Below are positions 45,713 to 60,221 of a DNA stretch of 64,000 bases, piece by piece. How positions within the stretch are numbered: the stretch's first letter is position 1; every line of letters begins with the position of its first letter. Source of the stretch: Eledone cirrhosa (Eukaryota); assembly GCA_964016885.1 (NCBI GenBank), contig OZ024740.1, positions 317,378,001 through 317,442,000 on the forward strand, written 5' to 3'. The position numbers and the translations under genes were made by a program. The notes under the pieces are model-generated. The model was not told the DNA's origin, did not search any database, and saw only the letters and a list, made by a program, of their open reading frames with translations.

Positions 45713-46160
45713 ATACATACATACATGATGGCTGCCCCCTCGTTGTCGAGTATGGACATTGTACGATATACCATTATTAATAATTATTAATTAATTCTAT
45801 CGTGTAATGCATGTGCGTGAAGATATTTTTTAAAGTGAAGAAAGATTTCTGCACTGAGTCAATCCCACTCTCTGAGCAACAGTAGCTATAACCCGAAAAG
45901 AAGAAAAGATCAACATCATCGGTATCTACTGAGCCGCAGGTTTTATATCGGAGTTATGCCAGTTTCCTGAGTTGCCTTCTCCTAGAAGAATGCCCTGACA
46001 AAAGCTAGGGGTCCTTCACTCCCAGTGGTTTAACTGCGCGGTACATGTGTATATACATATTTACACACTTTTGATGGCCAGAAGATCACCGATCACCGAT
46101 GATGGCCAGAAGATCGGATAAGTAGCACTCTACAGTTTGTAGGACTGGAGTATAAATGAT

Positions 46161-46489
46161 ATATAAGATCAAAAGATGGTTAAAAGAGTTCCATGTATTT
46201 TATTATGCGCATTTCAAAAACAAATATCATCATGCAATAACATTTGCGTTTTCGTCAGATAAAATAGGGAGACATGATATGAAGGTTAAAAACACTTGTG
46301 AATAGTGCAGTTTTAAATCAACATATTGATATGTTGATTTAAAACTGCACTATTCACAAGTGTGTTTTAACCTTCATATCATGTCTCCTATTTTATCTGA
46401 CGAAAACGCAAATGTTATTGCATGATGATATTTGTTTTTGAAATGCGCATAATAAAATACATGGAACTCTTTTAACCATCTTTTGATCT

Positions 46490-46494
<5 letters not shown>
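46161..46494. mobile_element. Fold-back element with ~166-bp arms, HHRs at 46197-46265 (-) and 46390-46458 (+)
   Basis: Centre ACATAT-TG-ATATGT; same family as 32007 and 62431. Confidence 0.9.
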
Positions 46495-46525
<31 letters not shown>

Positions 46526-46598
46526 ATATATATATAAGCAAAGGGATTTATATATATATATACATATATATGTATGTATATATCTGTATATCTATATA

Positions 46599-46654
<56 letters not shown>

Positions 46655-46725
46655 ATGTATGTATCTTTGCTTAAACTTTAATCTGTTATTTTAATAAATA
46701 TATATATATATATATATATATACAA

Positions 46726-46915
46726 ATAATTGTTTCAACTTTTGGCACAAGGCCAGCAATTATCCCAGTGTATTACTGGTACTTTATTTTATCGACCCCG
46801 TAAGGATGAAAGGCAAAGTTAACCTCGGCGGGATTTGAACTCAAACCATAAAGGGCCGTAACTCTTTGCTGCAAAGCATGGCGTCCGACCCTCTACCGAT
46901 ACTGCCAATCCCCTG
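46726..46915 (-). mobile_element. tRNA-derived SINE
   Basis: Close match to 37378-37568. Confidence 0.85.
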
Positions 46916-46995
46916 CTGACGAAATGCCTACGGATTACTTGTTACAAACACAATTCATTCAGGGCGAAACAGATTAAATCTTTAGTCTGTCCAGG
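46912..46995 (+). ncRNA. Hammerhead with long helix III
   Basis: CCTG-CTGACGA-AAT-GCCT..GGGC-GAAA-CAGATTAAA-TC-TTTAGTCTG-TC-CAGG; GUC site. Confidence 0.65.
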
Positions 46996-47159
46996 AGATG
47001 AAATGGTTATTGATATGGTATGTATGAGAAATCTTGTAAGAAATCTTGTAATATCCCATATGATTCAGGGTGAATGATATATAACATTTGTGGTGTAATC
47101 TACCCTCGTAATTTTAGACACTTTTAGACACGGGTTTACTGTGTTTACTTCTACACATA

Positions 47160-47210
<51 letters not shown>

Positions 47211-47213
<3 letters not shown>

Positions 47214-47475
47214 AAGATTAAACAAGGTTCAATGAATAAATTAAAGAATGAGTTTTACAATAGATTGGAAGCACGCAACAGTGGTTATTTTCCGGAGTTA
47301 TTAAAATTAATTCAAAATATTAACAAAAATAGACATTCGTGTGATCAAGTATATTTTATTATACATATTTCAGAGGTACTGAGATATCTTCAACAGTACG
47401 TCCTCATCAGATAAAATAAGATGATGCATGACATACACTGACTTAGTAGATGGTTAAGATTCAGTCATGGCAGTC
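47211..47475 (-). mobile_element. Unfolded copy of the 30891-31296 family with HHR at 47354-47416
   Basis: Colinear with the left arm, loop and tail of that element. Confidence 0.82.
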
Positions 47476-47519
47476 ATATATATATATATATAGAGAGAGA
47501 GAGAGTGAGAGAGAGATAA

Positions 47520-47589
<70 letters not shown>

Positions 47590-48860
47590 ATTAATGTCTA
47601 TCTTTCACATTCTGTCTGAGTATGTGAATATATGTACACGTTTCTCTACGCGTGTATGTCTGTATGTACACCGGTTGGTGTCTGAATGTACTTATGTTAG
47701 TACATGTGTACGTATGTATAAATATATGATTGTATGTATGTATGTATGTATGTATGTATGTATGTATGTATGTATGTATGTATGTATGTATGTATGTATG
47801 TATGTATGTATGTATGTATGTACGTATGTATGTATGTGTGTACGTACGTACGTATGAATATATGTATGTATGTGTGATTGTACGTATGTATGTATGTATG
47901 AATATATGTGTTTAGATTGTATGTATGATTGTATGCATATATGTATGTGCATAAGTACGTGGGTACGAGTGTATGAATGTAATTAATTGGTGTATGTATG
48001 TATACGCATGTATGTATTTACGTATGTATGTGTATGTTTGTTTGTGTGCGTGTTTGTCATAGATTTCCTATTTGTATGTATGTATGTATGTATGTATGTA
48101 TGTATGTATGTATGTATGTATGCACATATGTATTTATGTATGTATGTATGTATGTATAGATCTGTCTTAGATTTCACATTTGTATCCCGTTGTATATGTG
48201 TGTGTATGTGTATATAAGTCTGTGTATGTGTATGTGTGTGTGTAAGTGTGTGTGTTTGTGTGTTTGTCTTACTTAGATTTCCTATTTGTATCTGGTTACA
48301 TCAGTGTTAAGAACCTCTATATCATCTCTATTTCTGCAACTTCTGCTGCATGTCTCAGACAGGTCTTTTTCTGCCGCCACACCACTACCACCACCACCAC
48401 CACACCCCCCACCCTGCAGCCGTCAGTAGTTTTACTCCCTTCTCTTCTCCTTACCCCCTCCCTTCCTCACTTCTTCTTCACCTTAACCCCCCCCCCCCCC
48501 CACACACACACACTCCCCGTCTCTCCGTTCTCACTCTCACTCTCTTTCTATCTCACGCTATGCATTGCAGACGTCTCTAAGAAGCCGTCTTGTTTCTCTT
48601 CTGGCTGTTTCTCTTTCTGCTTAACCATTCGTTGTCTTTTTAGTCATAAGAAAACACGCCAGCATGTAAACTGAAAGTGGCAGATTTCTTCTCATCTTTC
48701 TTTCTTTCGTTATTTCTTTCTTTCTTTCTTTCTTTCACCAACTGCTCAAACTATATATCTTTCTTTCTCTCATACTCTCTCTGTCTCTCCATATACACAA
48801 ACACAAACACTCGTACACACGTCTATACCTTTACATATGCAAATGTATATACATACATAC

Positions 48861-48893
<33 letters not shown>

Positions 48894-48901
48894 TATATAC
48901 A

Positions 48902-48946
<45 letters not shown>

Positions 48947-49914
48947 CATGTGTGTATGTGTGCATGTATGTGTACTTCAATCTAAATATATACTACCATA
49001 ACACCCGTAAAAATGCTGGGCTGTATATTAAAAGATATATAATTAAGTCCTCGATTACTAGTTTTGTGATGATGCTTGATTGCCCAAGTTTTATTTTTCT
49101 TTGACGTTCCTAATTTTCAATTTGCCACTCGACCACTTCACTACAACATTAACAACCCCCACTAGCCACCACCACTATCACACCACCACCACCACTACCA
49201 CTACCACTATCACACCACCACCACTACCACCACCACCACTATCACACCACCACCACCACCACCACCACTACCACTACCACCAGCATTACCACCACTCCAC
49301 CACCACCATCAGTACCACCACCACCACCAATAACATCAACACTACCACCACCCCCACCCCCATTCCACCCCCACCCCCACTCCACCTCCTCAACAACTAT
49401 CAGTCATCAAGAAACCGATCATCCGACCCCATCATCGTCAACGTGAACCGATTGACTAAACGCTGAGAGATCGTTAATAGAAGCTGTGTAGTCTGTTGGA
49501 TGGATCAGCTGTAAAAGTTCAGGTCATGTCAGGTTAAGCGAGGTCATTTTTATATCGCTTACTATCTCTTCCACTTTCTTCCTTGATGCTACGGAATCCT
49601 GACTTTGAGTCAGTTGCCACTGTAACCGCCATTACTGCCACTCCACTATCACCACCACCACTACTATTACCGCTAGTAACCAACGCCACCACCACCACCA
49701 CTATTACCACTACCACCAACACCACCACTACCACCACCACGACCTCCACCACCACCACCACCACCACCACCACCAACACAACCATCAACCCCTCCCCCCC
49801 ATCACCACCTCTATGATGATGATGATCATCATCATCATCATAAGCCCTGCTACAAATAATACCTGTTTTTCATTTTATCGTCTTAGAAACACCTGAATTG
49901 TCCCCTTTGATCTT

Positions 49915-49979
<65 letters not shown>

Positions 49980-49989
49980 TCTTCTTCTC

Positions 49990-50600
49990 CCCCCTCCCTC
50001 TTCTTCTTCCTCATCTTCGCCGAGTTATTCCTGCCAGCGTCATGAATCAGCCATTTCTCAGAATCAGCCATTTCCAATTGATTGGACCGGATCCCCAAGC
50101 GAGACAATCAGTGCTCATGGATGTTATCTCACCATCTTGCTCGTGGTTTATACCTGGGTCTCCTGCCAGTTTGCTTTATCTTTAGACATTCTAACCACAT
50201 GTCCGTAGTATCAGAGCTGTGATCTCTCAATTCGGAGAAGAAGCGGCTCTACCTAGAGCGACTCTCTGATCTCCGATTTACGCACTCTGTTGAGTAACGA
50301 ACATTACTCCAGAGACCCTTCGGAGGAATCCCAATTTAACCGATTGTATCCGCGATCGTATTCCTTCGGTCATTACCCAAGATTCATGGCCAGGCACAAA
50401 TATCGAATTCAAGATAGTGATTTTGTCTTTTACACCCACTTCCCTTCTTCTGATGACCGAATGCTGAAGCATGCGCATTACTGCACCAGGTACTGCAATT
50501 CTAGCATTTAATTCAGCCCAGCCACTCATTCATCATTTGTGAAAATTCCCAGGGACATTTGACCTACTCCACTTATTTCAGTAGAACCCCACTCACATGT
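49990..50600 (-). pseudogene. RTE LINE C-terminal remnant
   Basis: KITILNSIFVPGHESWVMTEGIRSRIQSVKLGFLRRVSGV. Confidence 0.82.
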
Positions 50601-51356
50601 ATACATCTGTGTGTTACTGACGGACGAGAGAATGCGTACTCAATACCGAGGTAGAGTTTAAATATTCTTTATGGCTAAGTGGTGAGTTTTGTAACTCTGG
50701 ACTTTCAACTGTTTTCACGGGATCACCAGACAAGAGCTTTGTCTGATGATCCAGTGAGTGCACATGTAAAACTCCAGAGTAACAATCTGGGCATTAGACT
50801 CCATCAAGGCTGCATATAGTTACCTCTGCTGTTCATAGGTTCCATGAATAAGATTGACATGCGCAGCTAGGTAGGAAGCGGTATCATGGCCAGTAGGTGT
50901 AGGATCAGTCGGCTGGAATTTGCAAGCAATATAGTATTACTTAACTGGTCAGAAACTGATCTCCGACATATACTGGATAGGCTTGCTGTCGAGTGCTGCA
51001 CGGCAAGAATGAAAACCAGTGCTGCGACAAATGAGACATTCGTCCTCTCATATATACATATACACATATGTCCTCTCAAATGTGTGTGTATGTACGTGTA
51101 CATATATATGTATATATATACATATAATACATACATATATTATGCATATGTAAATATTTCATATATATATATTATATATATACATTATATATACATATCG
51201 TATTATATATATATATTGAGTACATGTTGGTTGTTTACCGACACCTCAGTATGCAAATTGGAGCACTCGACGAAGTACACGGGTTGGTTTGGTTACTCCG
51301 GAGTAATGTAAAATAAAATAAATAAGTCAAATATTTACAATTTGGCTTCGTTTATA

Positions 51357-51411
51357 ACTGCTATATATATTTCGGTGACAGCCATCTTTGGCTGTGACCT
51401 CTTCAGGCAGT
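51357..51411 (-). ncRNA. Intact minimal hammerhead within ~51215-51510 remnant
   Basis: RC is identical by eye to 38851-38905. Confidence 0.88.
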
Positions 51412-51529
51412 CCGTATTGGTGTGGTAGAGATGGGTACACATGTTGAGGTGTTAAACTTCGTCAATACTGAAATATGTCCAGTTCCTGGTTAGGTTGTTA
51501 TTTCTCTGAGGAACTGGAATCATATCATC

Positions 51530-51682
<153 letters not shown>

Positions 51683-51984
51683 TATATATATAATTATATA
51701 TATATAATTATACATATCGTATTATATGTATATATATATTATGTATATATTATACATTATATATATATTTGTGTGTATGTATGTGCGTGTGTGTGCATGT
51801 GTGTGTATGTATGTATGTGTTCATGCGCGCGTGTGTGTGTGCGCGCGCATGCGCGTGTGTGTATGTGTGTGAGCATGTGTATGTGCATGCGTGTCTGTGT
51901 ATATGTGTTATATTTGTTATACATGTTTCTTGAGAAACAGATCCTAGCATATTGTGGTCGAAGGAATACGATTAAGCTTAACCA

Positions 51985-52125
51985 CCGTCAGTAGTGGAGT
52001 CTCATAAGGCACTAGTTGTTGGGTCCTCTTTTATTCATTATTTACATAAATGACATTATAGACGTCATCAAGCACAGCAAAATAAGAATTTGCGAAAATG
52101 ATTCTAAGCTTCAGAATGTGATCAA
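51985..52125 (+). pseudogene. CR1-group LINE RT fragment
   Basis: LGPLLFIIYIND..HSKIRICENDSKL. Confidence 0.7.
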
Positions 52126-52229
52126 CACTCTCATTATATCTATAGTTTACAAATATAGTGTATTTATAAGGTTTAGCAAAATTTTGCGGTCATTGGAAAG
52201 ACCATTGAAACTATAAGGGGGATTATACC

Positions 52230-52600
52230 GTGTAATATTTCATTTCCTATCTTTTCGTTCATGAGTATCAGTATTGTGAGTGTATTGTATTCTATGTTTG
52301 AAGACAGTCTTTTAATACATCATTACAATAAAGAGCAGTATGGTTTAAAGAAATCTTGATAGAAGGTAAACTGGATATATGCTTGACAAAATCATTAACT
52401 AATTTCTTTAAAATTATTGCGGTGTATGTAAGGAGGAATATGTTAATATACTTAAATTTTGCATTTGATTTCCGATAAAGCCAGTATTTGCCAGTACCTA
52501 AATTTAGGGCTATAATTAAGTAATTACCTTCACTTAAAGTCGTATCTATTTCGAATTTTAAATCCAATTCTTTGAATATGTTATTGAAATCTTTCAGAGC
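52230..52600 (-). pseudogene. Decayed PLE RT-thumb fragment
   Basis: NYLIIALNLGTGKYWLYRKSNAKFKYIN resembles the PLE FLD..L..YRKP motif. Confidence 0.55.
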
Positions 52601-53070
52601 AGTTATGGCCGTACTTTATATTAAAAAAAAAAAATTTTTTAATGAACAAAACAGAAACAGAAAACAAAATGCATTGCAACCAATTATCAGTAATAATATA
52701 CTAGAAATTCACTGTATTTAATAACGATTTCTAATCAATAAAGCCTGCAAGCCCACGAAGATGCTACTAATAACCACTGTTATTTACAGATTGGATTGAA
52801 AATAGGAACGCTGTAAACTTCATGATTCTAACTCTTACATTGCCCATACAAGTAAACCACTTTACCGACGGCATGAAATGCATTTACAATAATGAATATT
52901 TGCAATGCACTACACACAACATAAAATAATTCTGGTTTTCTTTTTAGGAAACAGTCATAACCGTCTTGAAAAAAAAAAGTTCCTTTCGTAACCAGATGGA
53001 CCAAATATCCTTGAGCTAGGTGTCTAAATTTTGAATGATGGAAACTGTACAAAATTCTGATATATATATA

Positions 53071-53165
53071 TACAGGATATCCTAAAAAATGTATACACCC
53101 TTTGTTTATCTGTACATGCAATATTTATTTGAATGCTGTTGAAATATGTATACATTGTTTGGGAC

Positions 53166-53173
<8 letters not shown>
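53071..53173. mobile_element. Small Tc1/mariner-like MITE
   Basis: TA-CAGGATATCC..AAAATGTATACA / TGTATACATTGTTTGGGACACCCTA-TA imperfect TIRs. Confidence 0.55.
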
Positions 53174-53247
<74 letters not shown>

Positions 53248-53248
53248 A

Positions 53249-53282
<34 letters not shown>

Positions 53283-53308
53283 GTGTGTGTGTATATATAT
53301 ATATACCT

Positions 53309-53383
<75 letters not shown>

Positions 53384-53448
53384 TAAATACATATATATAG
53401 AGAGGGGGGAGGTGTATGAGAGAGGGAGAGAGGGAGAGAGGGAGAGAG

Positions 53449-54220
53449 AAAATATCTTAAATAATGTGCAGTAAAGCACTTTAAAATAAAGAAACTTCAC
53501 AAGCATCTCACCCTAGGGGTAGATTCCTTGTTAAGTGACATAAAGCTAGAGGGGTCAACAAATGTCCCCCTTACTGCATTTTCATGAACAAAAGAACATA
53601 ATTGACCGTCAAAATTAATTAATTAATTAATTAAGATAGTTCATTCCACCAGAAGTTGTCGATCATCAGAGAGGGTTCTGTTTCCTATTATAAGAAAAAA
53701 AATATAGTTACCTGAAAAAGATCCAGCATGGTGTTCAATACTATACGCATGCGTAGAACTAAAAGGTAAAAATTTGTACATTACAGACTTGGTGACCAGT
53801 CTAAAATTGTTACTAGAAATAGCTGTGAACTTAAACTGTCTAACAACTCAACATTTAAGGAGTAGCAAGTACTATATATATTTAAAACTTTATCAGTGAT
53901 CTACTTTACGTCTCAATAGACAGGATTGCTTTGAATCTAATTTAGAGAAGCTTATAAATATAAATATAGAAATATCTTAAATAAGGCGCAGACTAACCAA
54001 AGGGAAGATCACAGTAATGTACTTTAAAATAAAGAAACATTTCACCCTAGGGTTAGATTCCTTGTTAAGTGATCTAGATTTAGAAGGCTCAACAAATGTT
54101 CCCCTTGCTGCATTTTCATGAGCAAAGGAACAGAATTGACCATCACAATTAATAAATTAATTAAGATAGTTCATTCGGCCAGAACTTACCAATCTTCAAA
54201 GAGGGTTATGTTTCCTATTA
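53449..54220. repeat. Diverged direct duplication (~53449-53690 and ~53969-54220)
   Basis: Shared CACCCTAGGG.TAGATTCCTTGTTAAGTGA and TTAAGATAGTTCATTC blocks. Confidence 0.8.
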
Positions 54221-55439
54221 TGACACCATGTCAGCTCCCTTAAGTGCTTGGGGGCATCGGAAACAATCATCCTCAATCATTTGCATCAATAGGGAAGGTG
54301 TCAAGCTGGACCAATGGGTGCCCACAATCTGGCTAACTGTAATCGTGAATGACGGGAGGTAGCTGCAAACTTTCTGCTCTCCTACCATCGCACACCCAAC
54401 TGGTTACGATCCATTGTCACTGGTTAAGAAAACTGGTTTCGTAAGGCGGGGGAGACTTGACAATATTTTGTATTTCAATGTTAATCTATTCAACACTATT
54501 CTCTTTCATCGCCATTGACTCTGCTCCAACCCTAACCATGCTTCTTTGAAATTGAATCTAGCATGCTTCCATTTTTCGTATTTCAATTTCTTTTGGAAGC
54601 CAACATATACACCCTATATCAGTCGAGATCTCATACATACTTCAAGTAACTTTCTTCTTGTGTTTATATTAACATTGTTGTCTGTTAGTACTGTTCTCAG
54701 TTCATTAAACTTAGCTGTTGCTTTTTATACATGGTAGTTAAGCATTTGCCTTCAAAACTACTTAAGTTTCATTTAATAACTGTTGTAATCGTAAAGTCTC
54801 GTATAAGGGGATTCGTTTTTTTTTAAAAAGCAAAAATCCATTAAACACTTTGAAGTATCTTTGAAGGCCCTTAAGCTACCATTAAGCTGTATTTAAAAAA
54901 ATGTATTTACATGTGTGTACACACACACATACATATATATATATTAGGGTGGCCCTTAGCAATAGGTAATTTTCCGAAAGTTAAAATGTTGCTGCCTCCA
55001 CCTACTAAACCTGTTCCAACTAAAAAAGAAAACGGGGTGTGCAAAAATATCAGCTCAATCGGACAACTGTTACGCGACCCTCAAACGCCTTGAATTTGGA
55101 ACATAGTATACGCAGCGATTAATTATGTTCATAAGCGGTATAATGTTCCCTATCTCGACTATTTTTTTTTCTTCTTAGAGAAATTTATGTAGATACATCC
55201 AGGCAACCCCACAAATGTATATATATAACCACATACTGATATATGTATATATGCTCCTCTCCTCCCCTTCTTCCTCTACCTCACGCACCCCATCTTGCCC
55301 TTCATATCCTACCTCCATTTCCACCCCTTCCTCCCCTTGCCCGTCTATTCCCTCACACCCCTTCCCCCTACTCTCTCTCACTCCCTTTCCCCGCTACCGC
55401 CACTTCCCCTTTCTCCCCTCCTCCCCCCCTTCCCCTTTT

Positions 55440-55800
55440 CTGTCCTTCCTCTCCTTTTATCATTGCTCCCCCTTTCTCCTTGCTCTCCCTTTCTCATTGC
55501 TCCCCTTTTATCCTTGCTCCCTTTTTCTCCTTGCTCCCTTTTTCTCCTTGCTCCCCTTTTCTCCTTGCTCTCCTTGATCCCCTTTTCTATATTGTCCTCT
55601 TTGCTCTCCCTTTCTCACTGCTCTCCTTTTCTCCTTGCTCACCTTTTCTAATTGCTCTACTTGCTCTCCTTTTATCTTGCTCCCCTTTTTTCATTGCCCT
55701 CCTTTTCTCATTGCTCTCTTTGTTCTCTTTTTCTCGTTGCTCTCTTTGCTCTCCTTTCGCCTTACGCTCCTTTTCACCTTGCTCTCCCTTTCTCCTTGTA
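55440..55800. repeat. Degenerate ~19-bp pyrimidine-rich minisatellite (TTCTCCTTGCTCCCCTT)
   Basis: Recurring TTGCTCYCC. Confidence 0.8.
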
Positions 55801-55915
55801 TCTATGTACTTGTTTATTTACAAATACAATGAGAAAAGAGGAGCAAGGATAGTAAGGCGAGTATATATATACATATCATATATATATATATATGATATGG
55901 CGTCATATGGTTTTG

Positions 55916-56262
55916 GGTGAAGGCGCGTGGCTTAGTGGTTAGAGTATTGGACTTGCAATCGGAACGTTGTGAGTTCGATTCTCGGACCGGATGATGCGTT
56001 GTGTCGTTGAGCAAGACACTTTATTTCACGTTGCTCCAGTTTACTCAGCTGTAGAAATGAGTTGCGACGTCACTGGTGCCAAGCTGTATCGGCCATTGTC
56101 TTTCCCTTGGACCTTATTCGTGGCGTGGAGAGGGGAGACTGGTATGCATGGGCGACTATTGGTCTTCCACAAACAACCTTGCCTGGACTTGTGCCTCAGA
56201 GGAAAACTTTCTAGGTGCAAATCCCATGGTCATTCGTGACCGAAGGGGGGTCTTTACCCTTT
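55916..56262 (+). mobile_element. tRNA-derived SINE, apparently full length
   Basis: A-box TGGCTTAGTGG and B-box GAGTTCGATTC, then non-tRNA core and tail. Confidence 0.88.
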
Positions 56263-56269
56263 ATATATG

Positions 56270-56303
<34 letters not shown>

Positions 56304-56406
56304 GCATATATATATATATATATATTTTTTTTTTTTTCCTGGAAAAACTTGAACCGTTAAGATCTCCTTCCTGGATATGTCAATATTTATTTAACAATTT
56401 TTGTAT

Positions 56407-56447
56407 TTTATCTGATGAGAGCGTACACTTGAAATATATATAATAAA
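56407..56447 (+). ncRNA. Very small minimal hammerhead within ~56340-56585 remnant
   Basis: TTTAT-CTGATGA-GAG-CGTACA-CTT-GAAA-TATATATA-ATAAA. Confidence 0.75.
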
Positions 56448-57137
56448 TATGTTTTTTTATAAATATAGTTTCCATTTATTAATATCATTGATATTATACT
56501 CCAGAAAATCTGTCGAGTGCTTCGAATCAGTTATAAATATATATATTTGTTGAATTACCAACAAATTAAATATCTCTTTTGCTTATATATATATATATAT
56601 ATAAGCATAAATACATAAACGGAGAAAGCTATTAGCGATATTCCGACCAATTTCCAACTCACTCAACAAACTTTATTCCCAATTAAACGTTTGGGGTGCT
56701 AACTATATTGTATTGTGTGCATAATTGGCTGTATTATTTTATATGAGATATATTGAAAATCTCATTCCCCATACGATCGTTTCATAGTAAGATTTCTACA
56801 TGGTGGGTGAAATTATACCAAGTTATGTAGAAGCTTGTATAAGATCAATAGATTCCTATGCAAGTGGTCTCTTATAAATCGTCAGTGGGTGCCCAATAAT
56901 ATTAATATTAATAACTAAATTAACATCAATATCTAGCGATAATCTCCATCAGTGCTAGAAGGAGCTGCTAGGTTGTATGTCCAGTAGTTCTAAAGAAAAT
57001 GTCACACTGTCCCCAAATGGGGGGGAGGAGGCCTTCGTGAAAATAATACACACGCAGGTCATTGAACCCTGTCAAGAATTCAAGGCACGTGCGAAGAACT
57101 CAATTGGATATGAAAAAATAAATATATGTGTGTACCG

Positions 57138-57195
<58 letters not shown>

Positions 57196-57251
57196 CTCAA
57201 TACCGAGTACTCATTTCTCGCAGCTGTCAACCACATACGGATATATGTATA

Positions 57252-57602
57252 TTAGGGTGTAATTTTCCAAAAGTTAAAATTTTGCTGCTCCCTCACCGAA
57301 AAATAGGTGTTTGCGTTCTGTTCCCAGCTTTGCAAGTTGCCTTCCCCATTATATTTATTGTCATTTATCCTTCTAATACCAAGAATAAGTCTGAACAAAT
57401 TTTTAATTTAAGAGATAAAAAATTTTTGTCTGAAAAAATGACTTTCCGGGCGAAAACTTCAAAATTTCACGGTCGATGAAGGACGCCTTGCAGTTTTCTG
57501 CTTGAGCTAAAATTTTGCATAGATTCTTTGTTTGTTAATTGGAACAAGATAGGTGTGTGGGAGCTAAACTTTTAGAAAGTTGAAAAATAAGAGCCACCCT
57601 AA
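57252..57602. mobile_element. MITE with TTAGGGTG/CACCCTAA ends in TA context; related left end at ~54944
   Basis: Inverted termini; shared GTAATTTTCC.AAAGTTAAAAT.TTGCTGC. Confidence 0.65.
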
Positions 57603-57612
57603 TATATATATA

Positions 57613-58639
57613 TCTACTATATAAATTTGAAGTGGTCGGACGTTGTTTGTGTAGGTGTAGTCGGATAAACGTCAAAACGGCTTGGTGGAATGCAGCGAAA
57701 ATTTACACAGTTATGCAGAATGACTCGAGGAGGCGTTGGGTCGACTTTCAAGCTACAAGCTTCCATGGTTACGGAGAAAATCGATGAAACAGGAATTTCC
57801 CATTCAAATTGAACTAAGAGTAATCTGTGAATGCAAAAGTAAATATTTCGAGAAACGAAAGGAAAACAGGAAGACGATATTTTGGTTCGTGAAGACGTTC
57901 CCTGGCAATGAACGGGAAAAAAGGGAGGATAATACGTCGTTATGTGGACCGAGAAGAACAATTTCATGCAAAGGTAAGACCGGGTTTATGGTATAAATGG
58001 TGTCTAATATTATATTTAATATACTAATATTATATTTAAAATAACAGAATGATTTCCAAAATAACAGAATGATGTAAATAAAATTGAAAACGAAAATGAC
58101 AGAGGTTATTAAAATAGTAAAAGTAAATAGTGAAGATTTAGGCCAGTACATACGTATGCCCCGACGGACATACACATATATACGCACACACACACGCGCG
58201 CGTATGTATAAACCTTATGCATTTCTACAGTATTTTCACCAAACTTAGGACATAGGTTACTTATGTACTCCGGATGGTCATGGGCACTTTCATTTTTCCA
58301 GATATTGATGATAGGGCCTCCGGGCAGATAACCCCCTTTAATCACTTCCTTGGAGTCGAGTGAAGCACTGCAGTGCAATGCAACAAAACGTCATAACTTC
58401 TGGAGTTCGCAACCGATTTTCACAAAACTTGACACATGGGCTACGTTTGTCCTACAGATAAATGTGAACTCTCAGAATTGTCACATATTGAGTAGGGGAC
58501 TCCTGGGTGCAGGAACCCCCTTTTGGAAAAAGCCGATGATTTTGTAAAAGTATAGTTTTCGAAGCAGCACTGAAGTATTAACATAAATGGTATACAAAAC
58601 TGGTATTTAATACCAGAGCGACGCCGGGTACTGTGCTAG
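57613..58639 (+). mobile_element. Non-autonomous Helitron (family of 32832-34851)
   Basis: A|TCTACTATATAA ... CCAGAGCGACGCCGGG ... CTAG|T. Confidence 0.92.
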
Positions 58640-58662
58640 TATATATTATATATATACACACG

Positions 58663-58762
<100 letters not shown>

Positions 58763-58766
58763 AATA

Positions 58767-59165
58767 TATAATTGAATAAACAAGAGAGATGAACACTAAT
58801 ATAAACATACATGCGTTCGAATCGTAAGGACCAAGTTTGCTAGGGTGAAAAAATACTAACTACAGCAATATGGTTTGTCAGACTTAATTTTAAATATTAA
58901 ATTAAGAAAAATAACGGACCTATATTGGGCAATCGCGGCGATTGCCCAATATAGGTCTGTTATTTTTCTTAATTTAATATTTAAAATTAAGTCTGACAAA
59001 CCATATTGCTGTAGTTAGTATTTTTTCACCCTAGCAAACTTGGTCCTTACGATTCGAACACATGTATGTTTATATTAGTGTTCATCTCTCTTCTTTATTC
59101 AATTATATTGTACGGCTCGGAAAAGCTTTTTTCTTAGAGCTATTTAATTGTGTTTCTAACTCACT
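58767..59165. mobile_element. Fold-back element with ~170-bp arms (centre 58937) and ~58-bp tail
   Basis: CAATCGC-G-GCGATTG apex; ~3 mismatches between arms; no HHR seen. Confidence 0.88.
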
Positions 59166-59203
59166 ATATATATACATATACATTTATATATATATATATC
59201 TTT

Positions 59204-60210
<1,007 letters not shown>

Positions 60211-60221
60211 ATATAAAATAT

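Noticed and set aside
45900-46035. RC CTAGGAGAAGGCAACTC, reminiscent of RTE 5' UTRs that can hold HDV-like ribozymes
   Set aside because: I could not fold a nested double pseudoknot by eye; too weak to call.
55916-55990. tRNA gene
   Set aside because: A/B boxes continue into a SINE core and tail; a dispersed copy lies at 13905-14050.
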